Below the pieces are notes generated by a model that saw only the letters and a program-made list of their open reading frames with translations, did no database searches and was not told the DNA's origin. The position numbers were made by a program, and so were the translations under genes. Shown piece after piece: positions 29,598 through 37,295 of a stretch of DNA of 37,295 nucleotides. Source of the stretch: Nanobdellota archaeon (GTDB lineage Archaea > Nanobdellota > Nanobdellia > Pacearchaeales > GW2011-AR1). Each line of letters starts with the position of its first letter. The first letter of the stretch is position 1. The stretch is taken from assembly GCA_034716495.1 (NCBI GenBank), contig JAYEHV010000029.1:1-37295 (forward strand). The letters run 5' to 3'.

Positions 29598-30196
29598 TTT
29601 TTCTCACCTATTACTTTTATCCTTATAAATTCTATTACTAATTCTGATATTAAAATGAAACTATAGAAAAACACGAAAAAGTTTATATTACTATCGAGCC
29701 CTATACTTGACGACAGATTTAAAATTATTATATTAAAGTAAGATAGCGTGAGGAGAACTAAGTAGAAAACTAAATATTGAATTATAGAGATTATAAAAGA
29801 GCGAACGATTAAGGTCCTTACAGGTAGGATTTTCATTACAAAGTAGCGAATAATCTCTACTACAAAATCTAATATTAATATAATAATAAAAAAGACCATA
29901 GCTAATTCTCCTGTAGTAAACACTTCTTGGTTAAAACGAGTAACATAAAGCATGGCAATCCCTAATCTCTCTACCATAAATAATAAGCTTAAAAATAATA
30001 GCGTCTGAAGAAATGCAAAGAATAATATTCTCATTGTAGTATTAATCGTTTTTTTACTCGCAAATTTGAAGAATAGAAATAGCCCTACGATAACTAACAC
30101 TCCGATTATTGCCCAGATCACATAAAAACTCCAGAATAACACACTTAAAATCGGTTCTACAAAAGCCCTAAATATATCCGTTAAAATGTTTGACAT
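29594..30196 (-). CDS. Multi-pass membrane protein (about 6 TM)
   Basis: 200 aa. Repeated 20-25-aa hydrophobic stretches. Starts 5 nt after the stop of the giant gene. Confidence 0.65.
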   Translation of the reverse strand: MSNILTDIFRAFVEPILSVLFWSFYVIWAIIGVLVIVGLFLFFKFASKKTINTTMRILFFAFLQTLLFLSLLFMVERLGIAMLYVTRFNQEVFTTGELAMVFFIIILILDFVVEIIRYFVMKILPVRTLIVRSFIISIIQYLVFYLVLLTLSYFNIIILNLSSSIGLDSNINFFVFFYSFILISELVIEFIRIKVIGEKK

Positions 30197-30201
30197 TTTT
30201 T

Positions 30202-33200
30202 CTATTTCCTCTTTCTCTTTTTATCTTTTTTTTTCCAAAATTGTAATTTCTTTAGGGATTCGGGTTTCGTTATCCCATAATAAATGATAACAAAGCCAAG
30301 TAAGGCCGCACCGGCGGGAATTAATAACCAAGCCGCATCCCAAATAACTAGTTTCTCAAATTCTATCCTTATTACATTAGTACCTTGTGCTAAATTGAAA
30401 TCAATTACTTGATAATAATGAACCCCATCAAGATCGTAAAGTTTTATATGAGTTAGAAATTCGCTAGGTGTTGAAATAGCGTTTAACTTGATATTTTCTT
30501 CGCTCTGAATGTAAAATTCAAGATTAACATCGTAAGCAGGATAATTACAAACGATTGTATATTCTACATATCCAGAGCCTTGTACTCTTTCAATTGAACT
30601 GATAGGATTTGTTTTAACTCTTAAATACGAGCTAGTGATTGACGAATCAAATCCAGAACATACAAAATAACCCTCACCTACACCATAATAATTCGTTCCG
30701 TAATGAACACCATCTAATTCCCAGCCCTCATCAGTAGGGACGATCCACGATTCAGAATATCTTTCATACTCTAAATACACATTATAATATTCGCTTAAAG
30801 TCTGGTAATTGCTTTCCGTAATAGTGAATGCGCCCTCGTTAATATATTGACTGATATTAGCGGTAGGGATTGAACTATTACCGTTTATGGTGAAGGATTG
30901 TACGGACGTGCTAAAAGAAATATTAGGAATTTCGAGATTATAAGTTTGAGAGGATTGAATAGCACTTAAACTCCAATTGTCCATATATACGCCATCGGAT
31001 CTAAGGGGAATTACGATGGTGACATTCTCTAATATTATATCTGACATGTAATTCACCCGAACTTCCGAGTATGTACCGTTATTTTCCAAAACTTCGTATG
31101 TAAGATTATAGTTTGGATTCACATCAAGTATGGCCTCGAAAAGATCGTTTATTTCTGTTTTTTGAGATAAATCAAACTTGTACTTGTCATTCTCAATAGT
31201 GAAATCATTACCAGAATAAATCGTTCCTGTTCGTAAATGTTCCATTTGATTGACCTCATTAATATCAAGATCTCCAACAAAATACCAATACTTATAATCC
31301 AATTCTGCTAGGAATAACTCACTAACTAAAACACTTGCCGTATCTGTTCTTGGTGTATTTGTAATTTGGGTTCTTGTTCTTAAATTATCTAAATACCTTA
31401 GTTGAACAGAGAAAGTATCCAAATTAACATAGGTAGAACCAATAAGAGATAAGATTTCGAGAGAATCTGAGTTAATATCATAATTGTAATTTGTACTTTG
31501 AGTTCCATCAAAATAATAATATGTGAAATTGTCAGGTATGTTTGTTAAATTTGCGCTATTAAAAGTTATAAATGTGAATGGAGAGCTTTTCTGAGTGAAA
31601 CTAAAATCGTAATTAACATAGTCAGAATAATCTACTGTCTTATTGATGTATAAAGAGGCATTCTCGATAAGTAAGTCAAATGTTAGCGAGCCCGCATGAT
31701 CTATAAGTAAGTCAAACGAATTTGCCTCAGTCTTATTTATTGTGAGGAGATTATTACTTACATTTACACCATTTACAGTTAAATTTACCAGACTTGAGTT
31801 AGTCACCACTTGAATAATTGGTAGAACCTCAAAACTCATAAGTTTCCAAGCGCCCATGTAACTCTCTGCTGTATCGTTAAACGAACAATTTATATGGTAA
31901 AATCCTTCGGTCCAGGTGATATTCATCAAAATATCAATATCGATCTCTCCTAATGCATCTGTAGTTGAAGATGTATTTACGAAAGTAATATTGTTGTGGT
32001 CGTAGATCGTGTAATTAATCGGTTTACCTTGGATTGGTTGATTATAAAGGTCTCTAAGCGAAATAGTTAAGTTTAGACTGGCATCTTGATCATAACTACT
32101 TTTTAGATTAATAATGTCCATGATTGTAGTCCTCTGAATATGGCATAAGTTAGTTATATTCATCCAATACGTATCGTTATACTCGTCTATCACTTTTATA
32201 CTTACATTATAGACCGTTTGAACGGGATAATTAATTGTAAAATTAAACTCGTATTGATAAAGAGGATATGTATCATTGTTGTATTCTTGAATGTAATCTG
32301 TGGAATTGTCGTAATATATCTCGATAATAGGTGCTGAGGACAGAACATTAAAATTTACAGTATTATTTGTATTTATGAATACAGGATTTTCATAACCAGC
32401 GGCTAGAGAAATACTTGGAATAACTGTATAATTTACGGCCCATAGTTCCCAATTTCCATGCGTATCAAAGAATTGTAATGTGAGATTATACAATCCAGAG
32501 GTTGTATTCCAGAAAGAAACGCTCTGAAGTGTATTGTTAATTAACGTTTCGTTGAAGATTACATTGGTTTGAGAATTTAGAGTCTGGTTTATTTCTACAT
32601 TGGAGATATATCGATCAGTCGCATTCCAGTAGATTGTTAAATTTTGATGCGAACCTAACAATGTATCGTCAATATAACAGTCATTTACATTATAGAAATC
32701 GCTATCAAAATCCCATAAAACCATATCATCGAAACTGACTTCACTTGGATTGCCGGCTAAATAAACCTCAAAATAATAGTCTAAAAATGTAGTTTTTGAA
32801 TTATTATTGAGGAAATCTGTTATGTTAAATGTGAGATCGCTACTAAATGACGTATTAGTAGTAAAATTATATATTAGCCATCCATCCTCACACTCCACCC
32901 CGATCCTATATAAAAACAATGAGGAATTAATAGAATTAGTAAAATTGTAAATTAGATAATCCGAGCTTTCTGTAAAGTTCATACTCCAATTCAAGATCCA
33001 ATTGCCTCTTGTTTTCTGCAAATAATCAATACTAAATACAGGATCAATTTTGAAATATTGATAAATTTCATTCCCCCCATAAAGATTTAAGCACTCAAAC
33101 GTAATAGTATAGTTCATATCTCTGATCTCTATAAGCCCATTAGTTATATTAAATATTAGATCAAAATCATCTACATCTGTGCTATTAAACTGAAAATTGT

Positions 33201-36200
33201 AATGACATTCAGCCCAATCATCCTCCCAGCTATAATCAATCGCATCCATATAGAAATGATATTCCTCCGCAACATCAGACATAATATAGAACTGATCAAT
33301 TCCATCAACGCTGGAATCATCAAACCCCAGATCTTCACCCTTCAGATCGCCATCAATCCAGAGATCAAATGTGTCTGTTGCAGTTGTAAAGTTGATTTTT
33401 ATATAATACCATTGGTTTGCAGAATAACTCTCAATCTCATGGTCTGAAGACCCGTCATCATAATAGAGCTTGCCATCATCTTGCCACTCCAAGCGCGGTC
33501 CATAGTTGGAATCATCAAGCAAAGAGACGGTAGTATCCTCGGTTACACTCTCAAAATAGATATAGAATGAGACGATCCCTGACGATGTATCGAGAAAATT
33601 GCTAAACCAAATCCCCTGCCCTGCGTTATTATTATCATTAAAGTCTAATACATAATCATGATTGTCCTGCTCTCTAATAACACTTACCTCACAATCTCCA
33701 TCGCCATCATTTCCCGTGATAAAAGAAATGTCACCTTCAGTTAGTCCTAATTCATTGAAAAAACTATAATCTGCAAAATAACTATTATTAAATCGGGCCA
33801 TTGATGATGTAAAATTCAGATATTCCTCGAATAAGTATTGAAATTCGATAGAAATATTATACAATTTCTGATAGTCGTCAAATCCCGTATCATAATGATT
33901 GAGGAATGAGAAATCCAATGTTTTATTAAGTGTAGTGTAAATATTTACTGAGCTAGTCCAATTAAGCGTAATATTAAATAAATCCAAATAAATATTAAAG
34001 AGAGATGTAGAATTAACAGCCTCAAACCTAAATAGCATATCGGATGTAGAATTGTAATGAGAGCTATTGAAAACAAACACACTTTCGTAAAAGCTTTGAT
34101 TATTATAGCTCGAATTAATTAAATCCCATCTAAGCTCATTAAAATTATATACACTCATATTTACTTCTTGATATATATCAGTTTTTGATGAGTAGTTTAA
34201 TTGATAATTATGCATATTAAAATCATTTCCTAAATTAATTGTAGTTGTAAAGTTGACCTCAACCGAGTTATTTAATAGATTATCTCCTATATCGTAATTA
34301 GGATCCCAAGAAAATCCAAAAGCATCATAATAATGATGATAATTTAAATGTCCAGTAGCGCCTGTCAGAATAATCTCTTGAAACTGAGTCCAATCATTTG
34401 AGTTAGCAATATCACTATCAATCAAAACACCATCAACATAAAAATCGTATGTATCTGCTGTATAATCAAACACTATTTTACAATGATACCAAGTATTATC
34501 CACAACATCAATGGCTTTAGTCCAACCACCACTATGCTCATAATCCATCTGTTCTGATTCTATTCTAATTCTCATACCTAACGTTGTATGAGAACCATCA
34601 TCATAAAATCTTATTCCTGAATAGAATGTAGCATCATCAGTTCTCATCCACCACTCAATTGTATCTCCATCCGTATTATGAGTTGAAGCATCAACATAAA
34701 AAGCTGCTGGTTTTCCAGCATTAGATGTATCATGAATATCTAAAATTTTATTATGTCCTCCTAAATCAGCAATTATTTGAATTGAACCATGAGTCTCATC
34801 TACAGTCCATCCCGCAGGATCACTATTATCAATATCAGTTGTAAAACTATATGTACCCTTATATGTACCAAACGCAAATGTAGAAGCATTATTGCCTCCT
34901 ATATCGTAATTTTCATCCCAATTCTCACCCCAAGCGTCAAACCATTGGCTTTCTGTAGTATCTCCCCAAGTACCATATCTTATTTTATTGATTCCAGTAA
35001 CCTGATTACTTTCCATGCTATACCCATCTACTTCTAGGACATTATCCAACCATATATCAAAGGTATTATCAGAATACCACTCAACTTTAATGTGATACCA
35101 TTGATCGTTATTAAATGTAGCAAAATCATCCCACCCTGCTGGTGGATTTACAGTACCAATTTTATTAGCATTTGTAAGCCTTATTCTAAAACACATTGTT
35201 GCATCCTCATACCAATGTATTGTCGGATATGGATTATTAGCTAAATTTTCAGCTCTCCACCAATATTCTGTAATTCCACGGTTATGATTTGTATCAAAAT
35301 TATGAGACCAATCTGGATCTTCTCCAGCAGTAGCATCATCTGTGTGTTGTAAAACTTCACTATGACCGTCTAACTCTGCAATTACTTCACTACCACCATC
35401 ATAGGACGTTTCCGAATCAATAAAATCAATGTCCGTTCCCGTCTCTCCAGTTTCTCCAGTAAAAGAATAGGTTGCGTTATAGAGTCCTTCAACCTCAGAA
35501 ACATTAAAAGTAGAATAATCATCGTCTAACATTCCTAATGTGCCATTATCTACTTGGGTGCCATTGGTCATTACAAAACTCGAATTTGAAGGGATTAATG
35601 ACTTAGTAAAATTGTTTAGTTCTGATGTTAGAGTTATATTATCTTTCGATGCTAAATATTTATTATCTCCAATTTCATAATAAGGGTCCCAACTGAATGC
35701 CAGAGCATCTACATAATAATCCATAATATTTTGAACAGTATTAGTTGTGATGTGTATCTGAGAGACATCATTATTATTTTCTAATGCATAATTTCCATGT
35801 TCTACATCATCTATAAAGATTCTAAATTCATTTTGGGATAGACTCATATATCCATTTGACGTTCTTTCAAAGTCTATTCTGATATGATACCACACATTAT
35901 CCGTAATTGCTTGTACCGAATGCCACGCTCCTCCTGAACGTATATATATGTGATCAAGGGATACCTTAATTTGAAATGCGTTATTTCCAAGAGAATCCTC
36001 AAAAAAATAATTATGCCAAGAAGCAGTATTTGTACCTCTTAACCAAAATTCAATAGTTCCAGATTGTTTGTTATCATTTAAATGATGTATAATATCACAA
36101 GCACCCGGATTACCCCGATCATAAAAATGAAGCACTTTTTTATGTCCATCAATTGATTCTACAAGTCCTACGTAAGTTCCACTCCCAGAATCATCTATAT

Positions 36201-37281
36201 CTATAAAACCTATATCTGTTCCAGTTTCTCCTATTATATCATTCATAAAATTATTTGTCGCTGGATAATACCCAGATACATTATATTTAGTAGTTGAAAA
36301 AGTTGAGTTAGAATTAATACTCCAATTATACCAATCCTCTTCATGATACTCATTTGGAAACTCATTAACCATTGTGAGATTATCTCCAAAATCGTAAGTG
36401 TTATTATAATAGCTTGGATAGGAGTCTAAGGTCATCTCTCCCGTAAGAGAGTCAAACCCCTCCGAATAAACATCTTCATACCCCGACCCGCCATGCTCAT
36501 CCATTTTATACGCTAATCCATTCTGTTGATACCAATATTGACTCCATGATACATCTTCATTGGAAATATCTGGCCCATAAAAACCGTAATCACTAATATC
36601 GTGAGAGCCGTTTGACGTATAGTCAGGAAGGTAATTTAGGTCAGAAAATTGTAAGTCCATCCAAGCTAGATAAAAATCGCTTGGTAATTGAATAAAAAAG
36701 TTATAATCTTTTGTTTTGTCATCAAAAAACGGATCTGAGGTCGTTCCCGATAAATATAAATCGAAAGCACCAGAACCTAAGCTATTATAGTAATATTCCA
36801 ATTGTTTGTAAATGTCCTCAGCTAAATAAACCTCTAAAATAAAAGTCTCCCCAATGTTCATAGTAATATCAGGATTGATTGAATGATTTGTACCCGAAAA
36901 AGAATATTGAATGGAATTTAGCCAAACACTCTGAGGTACAATGTCCTCAGCGAACGTAATGTGACCAATAAAGATCGCACGGTCAGACTCTAAAGTGAAT
37001 GAGCTACGCAAAACCCTTCTACTAATTATCTCCAATTCTTTAGCAAACGTGAAACTCGTTTCTGTTTCCATTTGAAACCTTAAGTCTTGGTCTGCGGTAA
37101 AGCTTAATGAACTTGGAAACGAACTTAAAATATCTAAATACCCACTTTTAGGCCCAAGCGGTAATATATCATCGCCATTTAGTTGAAGGTTATATTCTGT
37201 AGGAGAACACCATTGAATACCGCTATAATCCACTCGGAATGAGATGTTTGTAAATGTAATATTAAACGGAATCTCAAACAT
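30202..37281 (-). CDS. Giant sequon-rich surface/spike-like protein with four LamG/ConA-like domains and a C-terminal TM anchor (possibly 5'-incomplete)
   Basis: 2359 aa from the first ATG. The frame is still open from 37282 to the window edge, there is no SD in the 14 nt available, and the N-terminus does not look like a signal peptide. Four repeats of the LamG_3-type pattern W-Y-H/Y-x-K/R-I...F-x-[IL]-[WFY]-[ILV]-D-[DGN]. Very many N-x-S/T sequons. Asn/Tyr/Ser/Thr/Asp-rich beta-type sequence. C-terminus AAWLLIPAGAALLGFVIIYYGI followed by a Lys/Arg tail. Confidence 0.85.
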   Translation of the reverse strand: MFEIPFNITFTNISFRVDYSGIQWCSPTEYNLQLNGDDILPLGPKSGYLDILSSFPSSLSFTADQDLRFQMETETSFTFAKELEIISRRVLRSSFTLESDRAIFIGHITFAEDIVPQSVWLNSIQYSFSGTNHSINPDITMNIGETFILEVYLAEDIYKQLEYYYNSLGSGAFDLYLSGTTSDPFFDDKTKDYNFFIQLPSDFYLAWMDLQFSDLNYLPDYTSNGSHDISDYGFYGPDISNEDVSWSQYWYQQNGLAYKMDEHGGSGYEDVYSEGFDSLTGEMTLDSYPSYYNNTYDFGDNLTMVNEFPNEYHEEDWYNWSINSNSTFSTTKYNVSGYYPATNNFMNDIIGETGTDIGFIDIDDSGSGTYVGLVESIDGHKKVLHFYDRGNPGACDIIHHLNDNKQSGTIEFWLRGTNTASWHNYFFEDSLGNNAFQIKVSLDHIYIRSGGAWHSVQAITDNVWYHIRIDFERTSNGYMSLSQNEFRIFIDDVEHGNYALENNNDVSQIHITTNTVQNIMDYYVDALAFSWDPYYEIGDNKYLASKDNITLTSELNNFTKSLIPSNSSFVMTNGTQVDNGTLGMLDDDYSTFNVSEVEGLYNATYSFTGETGETGTDIDFIDSETSYDGGSEVIAELDGHSEVLQHTDDATAGEDPDWSHNFDTNHNRGITEYWWRAENLANNPYPTIHWYEDATMCFRIRLTNANKIGTVNPPAGWDDFATFNNDQWYHIKVEWYSDNTFDIWLDNVLEVDGYSMESNQVTGINKIRYGTWGDTTESQWFDAWGENWDENYDIGGNNASTFAFGTYKGTYSFTTDIDNSDPAGWTVDETHGSIQIIADLGGHNKILDIHDTSNAGKPAAFYVDASTHNTDGDTIEWWMRTDDATFYSGIRFYDDGSHTTLGMRIRIESEQMDYEHSGGWTKAIDVVDNTWYHCKIVFDYTADTYDFYVDGVLIDSDIANSNDWTQFQEIILTGATGHLNYHHYYDAFGFSWDPNYDIGDNLLNNSVEVNFTTTINLGNDFNMHNYQLNYSSKTDIYQEVNMSVYNFNELRWDLINSSYNNQSFYESVFVFNSSHYNSTSDMLFRFEAVNSTSLFNIYLDLFNITLNWTSSVNIYTTLNKTLDFSFLNHYDTGFDDYQKLYNISIEFQYLFEEYLNFTSSMARFNNSYFADYSFFNELGLTEGDISFITGNDGDGDCEVSVIREQDNHDYVLDFNDNNNAGQGIWFSNFLDTSSGIVSFYIYFESVTEDTTVSLLDDSNYGPRLEWQDDGKLYYDDGSSDHEIESYSANQWYYIKINFTTATDTFDLWIDGDLKGEDLGFDDSSVDGIDQFYIMSDVAEEYHFYMDAIDYSWEDDWAECHYNFQFNSTDVDDFDLIFNITNGLIEIRDMNYTITFECLNLYGGNEIYQYFKIDPVFSIDYLQKTRGNWILNWSMNFTESSDYLIYNFTNSINSSLFLYRIGVECEDGWLIYNFTTNTSFSSDLTFNITDFLNNNSKTTFLDYYFEVYLAGNPSEVSFDDMVLWDFDSDFYNVNDCYIDDTLLGSHQNLTIYWNATDRYISNVEINQTLNSQTNVIFNETLINNTLQSVSFWNTTSGLYNLTLQFFDTHGNWELWAVNYTVIPSISLAAGYENPVFINTNNTVNFNVLSSAPIIEIYYDNSTDYIQEYNNDTYPLYQYEFNFTINYPVQTVYNVSIKVIDEYNDTYWMNITNLCHIQRTTIMDIINLKSSYDQDASLNLTISLRDLYNQPIQGKPINYTIYDHNNITFVNTSSTTDALGEIDIDILMNITWTEGFYHINCSFNDTAESYMGAWKLMSFEVLPIIQVVTNSSLVNLTVNGVNVSNNLLTINKTEANSFDLLIDHAGSLTFDLLIENASLYINKTVDYSDYVNYDFSFTQKSSPFTFITFNSANLTNIPDNFTYYYFDGTQSTNYNYDINSDSLEILSLIGSTYVNLDTFSVQLRYLDNLRTRTQITNTPRTDTASVLVSELFLAELDYKYWYFVGDLDINEVNQMEHLRTGTIYSGNDFTIENDKYKFDLSQKTEINDLFEAILDVNPNYNLTYEVLENNGTYSEVRVNYMSDIILENVTIVIPLRSDGVYMDNWSLSAIQSSQTYNLEIPNISFSTSVQSFTINGNSSIPTANISQYINEGAFTITESNYQTLSEYYNVYLEYERYSESWIVPTDEGWELDGVHYGTNYYGVGEGYFVCSGFDSSITSSYLRVKTNPISSIERVQGSGYVEYTIVCNYPAYDVNLEFYIQSEENIKLNAISTPSEFLTHIKLYDLDGVHYYQVIDFNLAQGTNVIRIEFEKLVIWDAAWLLIPAGAALLGFVIIYYGITKPESLKKLQFWKKKDKKRKRK
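30271..30336 (-). other. C-terminal transmembrane anchor of the giant protein (followed by a 22-aa basic tail)
   Basis: aa 2316-2337 AAWLLIPAGAALLGFVIIYYGI, then TKPESLKKLQFWKKKDKKRKRK. Tripartite layout: small-residue motif PAG, hydrophobic helix, basic tail. Confidence 0.7.
33217..33759 (-). other. LamG/ConA-like domain 4 of the giant protein
   Basis: aa ~1175-1355: GDCEVSVIREQDNHDYVLDFNDNNNAGQG...VSFYIYF...WYYIKINFTTATDTFDLWIDGDL...MDAIDYSWEDDW. Confidence 0.6.
34282..34869 (-). other. LamG/ConA-like domain 3 of the giant protein
   Basis: aa ~805-1000: HGSIQIIADLGGHNKILDIHDTSNAGKPA...IEWWMR...WYHCKIVFDYTADTYDFYVDGVL...YDAFGFSWDPNYDIGDN. Confidence 0.65.
34897..35484 (-). other. LamG/ConA-like domain 2 of the giant protein
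   Basis: aa ~600-795: GETGETGTDIDFIDSE...VIAELDGHSEVLQHTDDATAGE...TEYWWRA...WYHIKVEWYSDNTFDIWLDNVL...FDAWGENWDENYDIGGN. Confidence 0.65.
35662..36264 (-). other. LamG/ConA-like domain 1 of the giant protein
   Basis: aa ~340-540: GETGTDIGFIDIDD...LVESIDGHKKVLHFYDRGNPGA...IEFWLRG...WYHIRIDFERTS...FRIFIDDVE...VDALAFSWDPYYEIGDN. Confidence 0.65.
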
Positions 37282-37295
37282 TAGCGAAATATTCT

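Larger units (their letters stand above)
1..37295. mobile_element. Segment of a putative archaeal virus/provirus or large plasmid-like element (ends not in window)
   Basis: AT-rich. About 50 tightly packed, often overlapping genes, almost all on the minus strand. Many small RHH, wHTH, C2H2 and zinc-ribbon proteins, plus element-encoded PCNA, exonuclease, helicase and a spike/membrane/NTPase block. No housekeeping, rRNA or tRNA genes seen. Inference from gene content only. Confidence 0.45.

Noticed and set aside
193-35037. All other plus-strand track ORFs (60-91 aa), e.g. 193..408, 3044..3232, 4599..4829, 10516..10716, 15163..15399, 21645..21902, 23930..24172, 25483..25758, 33202..33447 and 34789..35037
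   Set aside because: Each is fully nested antisense within a longer, motif-bearing minus-strand gene. Each has Phe/Leu/Ser/Ile-rich shadow-frame composition. None has an SD-like motif at proper spacing that I could see.
1-37295. Integrase, transposase, IS ends, terminal or long inverted repeats, att sites
   Set aside because: I found no recombinase-like motifs and no long repeats beyond those reported. The element's boundaries are evidently outside this window.

Overview
This is a visibly AT-rich 37.3-kb window. Almost all credible genes lie on the minus strand, in two tightly packed arrays whose genes often overlap (ATGA-type and 8-19 nt overlaps). The arrays run 37281->16996 and 15935->174. 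A ~1-kb regulatory hub (15936-16995) with small ribbon-helix-helix (RHH) genes separates them.

Left array (replication and regulation-type cargo):
- two divergent PCNA-like sliding clamps
- a DEDDh (DnaQ-like) 3'-5' exonuclease fused to an unknown N-terminal region
- a radical-SAM protein and an ASCH-like protein
- many RHH and winged-helix regulators, a C2H2 protein and a run of Cys-rich zinc-ribbon proteins

Right array:
- a polytopic membrane protein
- four consecutive proteins sharing a ~50-aa basic N-terminal module; one is a 1048-aa SF2 DEAH helicase and one has a JAB/MPN-like HxH..S..D motif
- a P-loop NTPase with a C-terminal wHTH
- coiled-coil and multi-pass membrane proteins
- a sequon-rich surface protein of at least 2359 aa, with four LamG/ConA-like domains and a C-terminal TM anchor; its frame is still open at the window edge

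I recognised no rRNA, tRNA, CRISPR array, integrase or transposase. The gene content and the GGTG/GGAG Shine-Dalgarno-like motifs best fit an archaeal virus, provirus or other large archaeal mobile element. The host cannot be named from the sequence.

Most unusual observations:
1. At least four genes, possibly six, have coding sequence upstream of any ATG/GTG/TTG. Each has an in-frame ATA 6-7 nt after an SD-like motif. This looks like systematic AUA (perhaps also AUU) initiation, which standard gene callers would miss or truncate.
2. A perfect 18-bp palindrome occurs three times inside a wHTH gene.
3. Four consecutive proteins share the N-terminal module described above.
4. A spike / membrane-protein / NTPase block resembles the pleolipovirus core in outline only.

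All functional calls come from motif recognition by eye. No database search was run.
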